Shown: positions 61,570 through 64,000 of the stretch, piece after piece
Position numbering within the stretch: position 1 is the first letter of the stretch
Layout: every line of letters begins with the position of its first letter
Source of the DNA: Arenicellales bacterium
GTDB lineage: Bacteria > Pseudomonadota > Gammaproteobacteria > Arenicellales > JAJDZL01
DNA length: 64,000 bases
Direction: 5' to 3'
Assembly: GCA_965202615.1 (NCBI GenBank)
Contig: OZ241837.1
Coordinates: forward strand, 59,656 to 123,655
Translations under genes and position numbers: made by a program
The notes under the pieces: generated by a model
Told to the model about the DNA's origin: nothing
Database searches by the model: none
Seen by the model: the letters and a program-made list of their open reading frames with translations, nothing else

Positions 61570-62802
61570 TTACGACCACAGTGTCGAAATCGGGGCAGCG
61601 AGCATACGGTCTCCAAAAGGCACTAACTGGTCGCCGTCGTACAATACCAGGCCCAAAACGAACTTTTCATCGCACGCGGTTGCGAGTTTACGCAATCCGG
61701 AAAAGTCTTTTTTGGTAACGGTCGCCGAGGCTTTTGCTTTGATCCCGACAATTCGGCTACGCCTGTCTTCAATAACGAAGTCCGCTTTATTTTGCTCCTT
61801 GTCCCGAAAGTGTGAGAACACATAACGCTCCTCAGACCAACTCGCATTCTTGAGTAATTCGCCGAATACGAAACTTTCCAGCAGTGGTCCGAACAGTACG
61901 CGTTCGTTGACCAGTCTATCCGGAGTGATATCTCTGAGTGCAGCAAGCAGCCCAGAGTCAAGAAAATGCAGTTTTGGAGTTTTTGTCAGACGCTTCAATT
62001 TGTTCGAAAACCATGGCTGTAATGTATAAACGACATACAGACTTTCAAAAATATCGACATACTTTTGCGTGGAAACATGGTTCATTTCCAGCCTTGAACC
62101 GACTCCCGAGTAATTGACAAGTTGCCCTGAATACTCAGCGAGGACTCGCAACAACCTTGACATGACACCCAACTTCTGAATCTGCGCAATGTCACGGACA
62201 TCTCGCTGAACTATTGCTTCAACATAGTCCTGATGCCAGTCCTGCCGGCGTCTCCAGCTGGAACGGGCCAACGCTTCGGGGTATCCACCTGCAAGCACTG
62301 TAGTGACCAGCTCATCACCCATAATCAAGTTAGCAGGTTTCGGAGCTTTGCCCAAGAACACCTGTTTCAGAAACGAGGACTGGTTCTCACGCAATTCTGC
62401 TTGGGACAGAGGCAGTAAGCGAATAATCGCTATGCGACCTGCAAGCGAGTCGGGGATGTGGGGAATCGTCATCAGATTCGCAGACCCGGTCAGCAAAAAC
62501 CGGCCCGCGCGCGGGTCTGTATCTACCGATGTCTTGATTGCCAGAATGAGATCCGGCACACGATGAACTTCGTCAATGACACCTCGATCAATGCCGCGGA
62601 CAAAACCGACGGGGTCATATATTGCACCTTCAAGCACATGGGGATTGTCAAGCGTGAAAATCGGAAAATTGTCACTTGCAATTTGCTTCGCAAGTGTCGT
62701 CTTGCCTGATTGCCGAGGACCACAAAGAAAAACAATCCTGGTATCAGACAATGCTTCATTGATTCGATTTGCAACGAATCGAGGATACAAAATGGCCTCC
62801 AA
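61570..62802 (-). CDS. AAA_14/DUF4143 ATPase with apparently degenerate nuclease motif
   Basis: GPRQSGKTT, IDEVH, LTGSAN, GGYP, KTPKLHFLDSG; C-terminal KADFV..IKAK instead of EVD..IEVK. Confidence 0.88.
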   Translation of the reverse strand: MEAILYPRFVANRINEALSDTRIVFLCGPRQSGKTTLAKQIASDNFPIFTLDNPHVLEGAIYDPVGFVRGIDRGVIDEVHRVPDLILAIKTSVDTDPRAGRFLLTGSANLMTIPHIPDSLAGRIAIIRLLPLSQAELRENQSSFLKQVFLGKAPKPANLIMGDELVTTVLAGGYPEALARSSWRRRQDWHQDYVEAIVQRDVRDIAQIQKLGVMSRLLRVLAEYSGQLVNYSGVGSRLEMNHVSTQKYVDIFESLYVVYTLQPWFSNKLKRLTKTPKLHFLDSGLLAALRDITPDRLVNERVLFGPLLESFVFGELLKNASWSEERYVFSHFRDKEQNKADFVIEDRRSRIVGIKAKASATVTKKDFSGLRKLATACDEKFVLGLVLYDGDQLVPFGDRMLAAPISTLWS

Positions 62803-62809
62803 TGGTTTT

Positions 62810-62919
62810 GACTGATCGAAAGTGATTAAGCGATCATTTACAAAAAATATATTGACTGATTGTAAGTATAAGCGCGACCAATTTAAAATAAAGGTCCGAC
62901 CAATTGAAGCGGATTGGCA
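62810..62919. repeat. Five iteron-like motifs at exact 22-bp periodicity upstream of the AAA ATPase start
   Basis: GACTGATCGAAAG (62810), GATCATTTACAAA (62832), GACTGATTGTAAG (62854), GACCAATTTAAAA (62876), GACCAATTGAAGC (62898). Confidence 0.7.
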
Positions 62920-63200
62920 GTCTTAAGGTGAGGTACTCGTCTTTATGGAAGCAGCGCCAAGCGACGATCAATCAAACTGAACCACTTCCGATGACAATTC
63001 TCCAACCGTCGCCACACTTCTCCAGCACCGCTGAAACCGCATCAACTATAGTGCTGTAGTCAATTCTAGGTCAATGAATTCGATTACTTATAATTTTCAA
63101 GAGATTGCAAAAAAGCATGAATTCTGGATCTGCACACTTGCACTTCCAGTGGTGAACAACTGATCTGTAACCTCTTGCCTGTTTAAGGAAATCGAAACTC

Positions 63201-64000
63201 ATGAACAAGCCCTATCGGGAACTCTATTGGTACCAGACCCGAATTCAATCAAACCTTGACTTTAAGTCACCCGGCAAGCGTTTTGGCGACTTGCAACTCA
63301 AATATTCAGACAACAGCATCGCACTCGGATACGTCCCGATTCCTGCTGGCGTGATCGCCAATGGTGTCGGACCAACAGTTCTTTTGACCGGCGGAGTGCA
63401 TGGCGACGAATTTGAAGGACCGATTTCGCTGATCAAGTTATTGCGCGAGACGAGTGTAGACGATGTTCAGGGGCGAATCATCGTGTTTCCAACTCTGAAT
63501 TCCCCTGCTGTGAACGCGTCTTCCAGAGTCTCACCGCTGGACGCCGGCAACTTGAATCGTGCGTTCCCGGGTGATCCCGACGGGACGCCAACCCAGATGA
63601 TCGCAAACTTCATCGAAAAAACTGTCATGCCTGTCTGCGATGCAGTGATCGACATTCACTCTGGCGGCAAAGCTGCCTGGTTCTCGCCTTGTGCAATGGC
63701 AACCTACCACGAAGATACTGAACTGCTGCGCAAGAACGTCGAACTTGCCACGGTATTCGGATGTCCATTTGTTTGGCTGATGGGTGATTTTAACGAAGAC
63801 CGAAGCGTAAATTCTGCCGCCGAAAGAAATGACCTGGTCGTAATTTCAGCTGAACTTGGAGGCGGCGGGCAAGTCACACCCGAAACACTGAAACTCAGTG
63901 AACGCGGCATTCGCAATTGTCTGCGACATTTGAAAGTGCTAACTGACGAGATTCAACCGCGCACGGAACCTGTAACCTTTCTGAAAATTGTTGATGCGAA
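63201..64000 (+). CDS. Succinylglutamate desuccinylase/aspartoacylase family (DoeB/EutE-like); runs off the window
   Basis: Not in the ORF track. Manual translation: GPTVLLTGGVHGDEFEG, NLNRAFPGDPDG, DIHSGG, ELGGG. Confidence 0.88.
   Translation, partial: MNKPYRELYWYQTRIQSNLDFKSPGKRFGDLQLKYSDNSIALGYVPIPAGVIANGVGPTVLLTGGVHGDEFEGPISLIKLLRETSVDDVQGRIIVFPTLNSPAVNASSRVSPLDAGNLNRAFPGDPDGTPTQMIANFIEKTVMPVCDAVIDIHSGGKAAWFSPCAMATYHEDTELLRKNVELATVFGCPFVWLMGDFNEDRSVNSAAERNDLVVISAELGGGGQVTPETLKLSERGIRNCLRHLKVLTDEIQPRTEPVTFLKIVDA

Overview
Bacterial chromosomal window (about 50-55% GC backbone), probably from a marine-sponge-associated proteobacterium; this is inferred from the srp-type RiPP cluster, a cadherin-repeat adhesin, osmolyte catabolism genes and several decayed genes. 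Contents in order: (1) betaine/N-methyl amino acid catabolism genes with an rpn gene among them; (2) a 6.46-kb GC-rich unit bounded by inverted IS5-family ends, carrying a large cadherin-repeat autotransporter whose signal-peptide frame has no start codon unless a G9 tract slips; (3) an 18.4-kb NHLP/proteusin RiPP cluster (precursor core LCCCW, YcaO, flavin halogenase, i.e. the srp type). It also encodes a putative ABBA-type prenyltransferase, a class II terpene-cyclase-like enzyme fused to its own NHLP leader copy, an AlkB-type diiron enzyme fused to a catalytically degenerate GlnE-like domain, and both MMPL/LolA-like and PCAT export modules; (4) a minus-strand catabolic run (aminotransferase, ComDE-like decarboxylase, amino-acid ABC transporter, divergent soxBDAG, HAD hydrolase, Cys/Met lyase); (5) an rpn gene flanked by two orphan C-terminal RpnS-like cassettes; (6) housekeeping and accessory genes, including two AAA_14/DUF4143 ATPases, each with a striking upstream repeat structure. 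No rRNA, tRNA or CRISPR array was recognised. All family assignments come from manual motif recognition; no searches were run.
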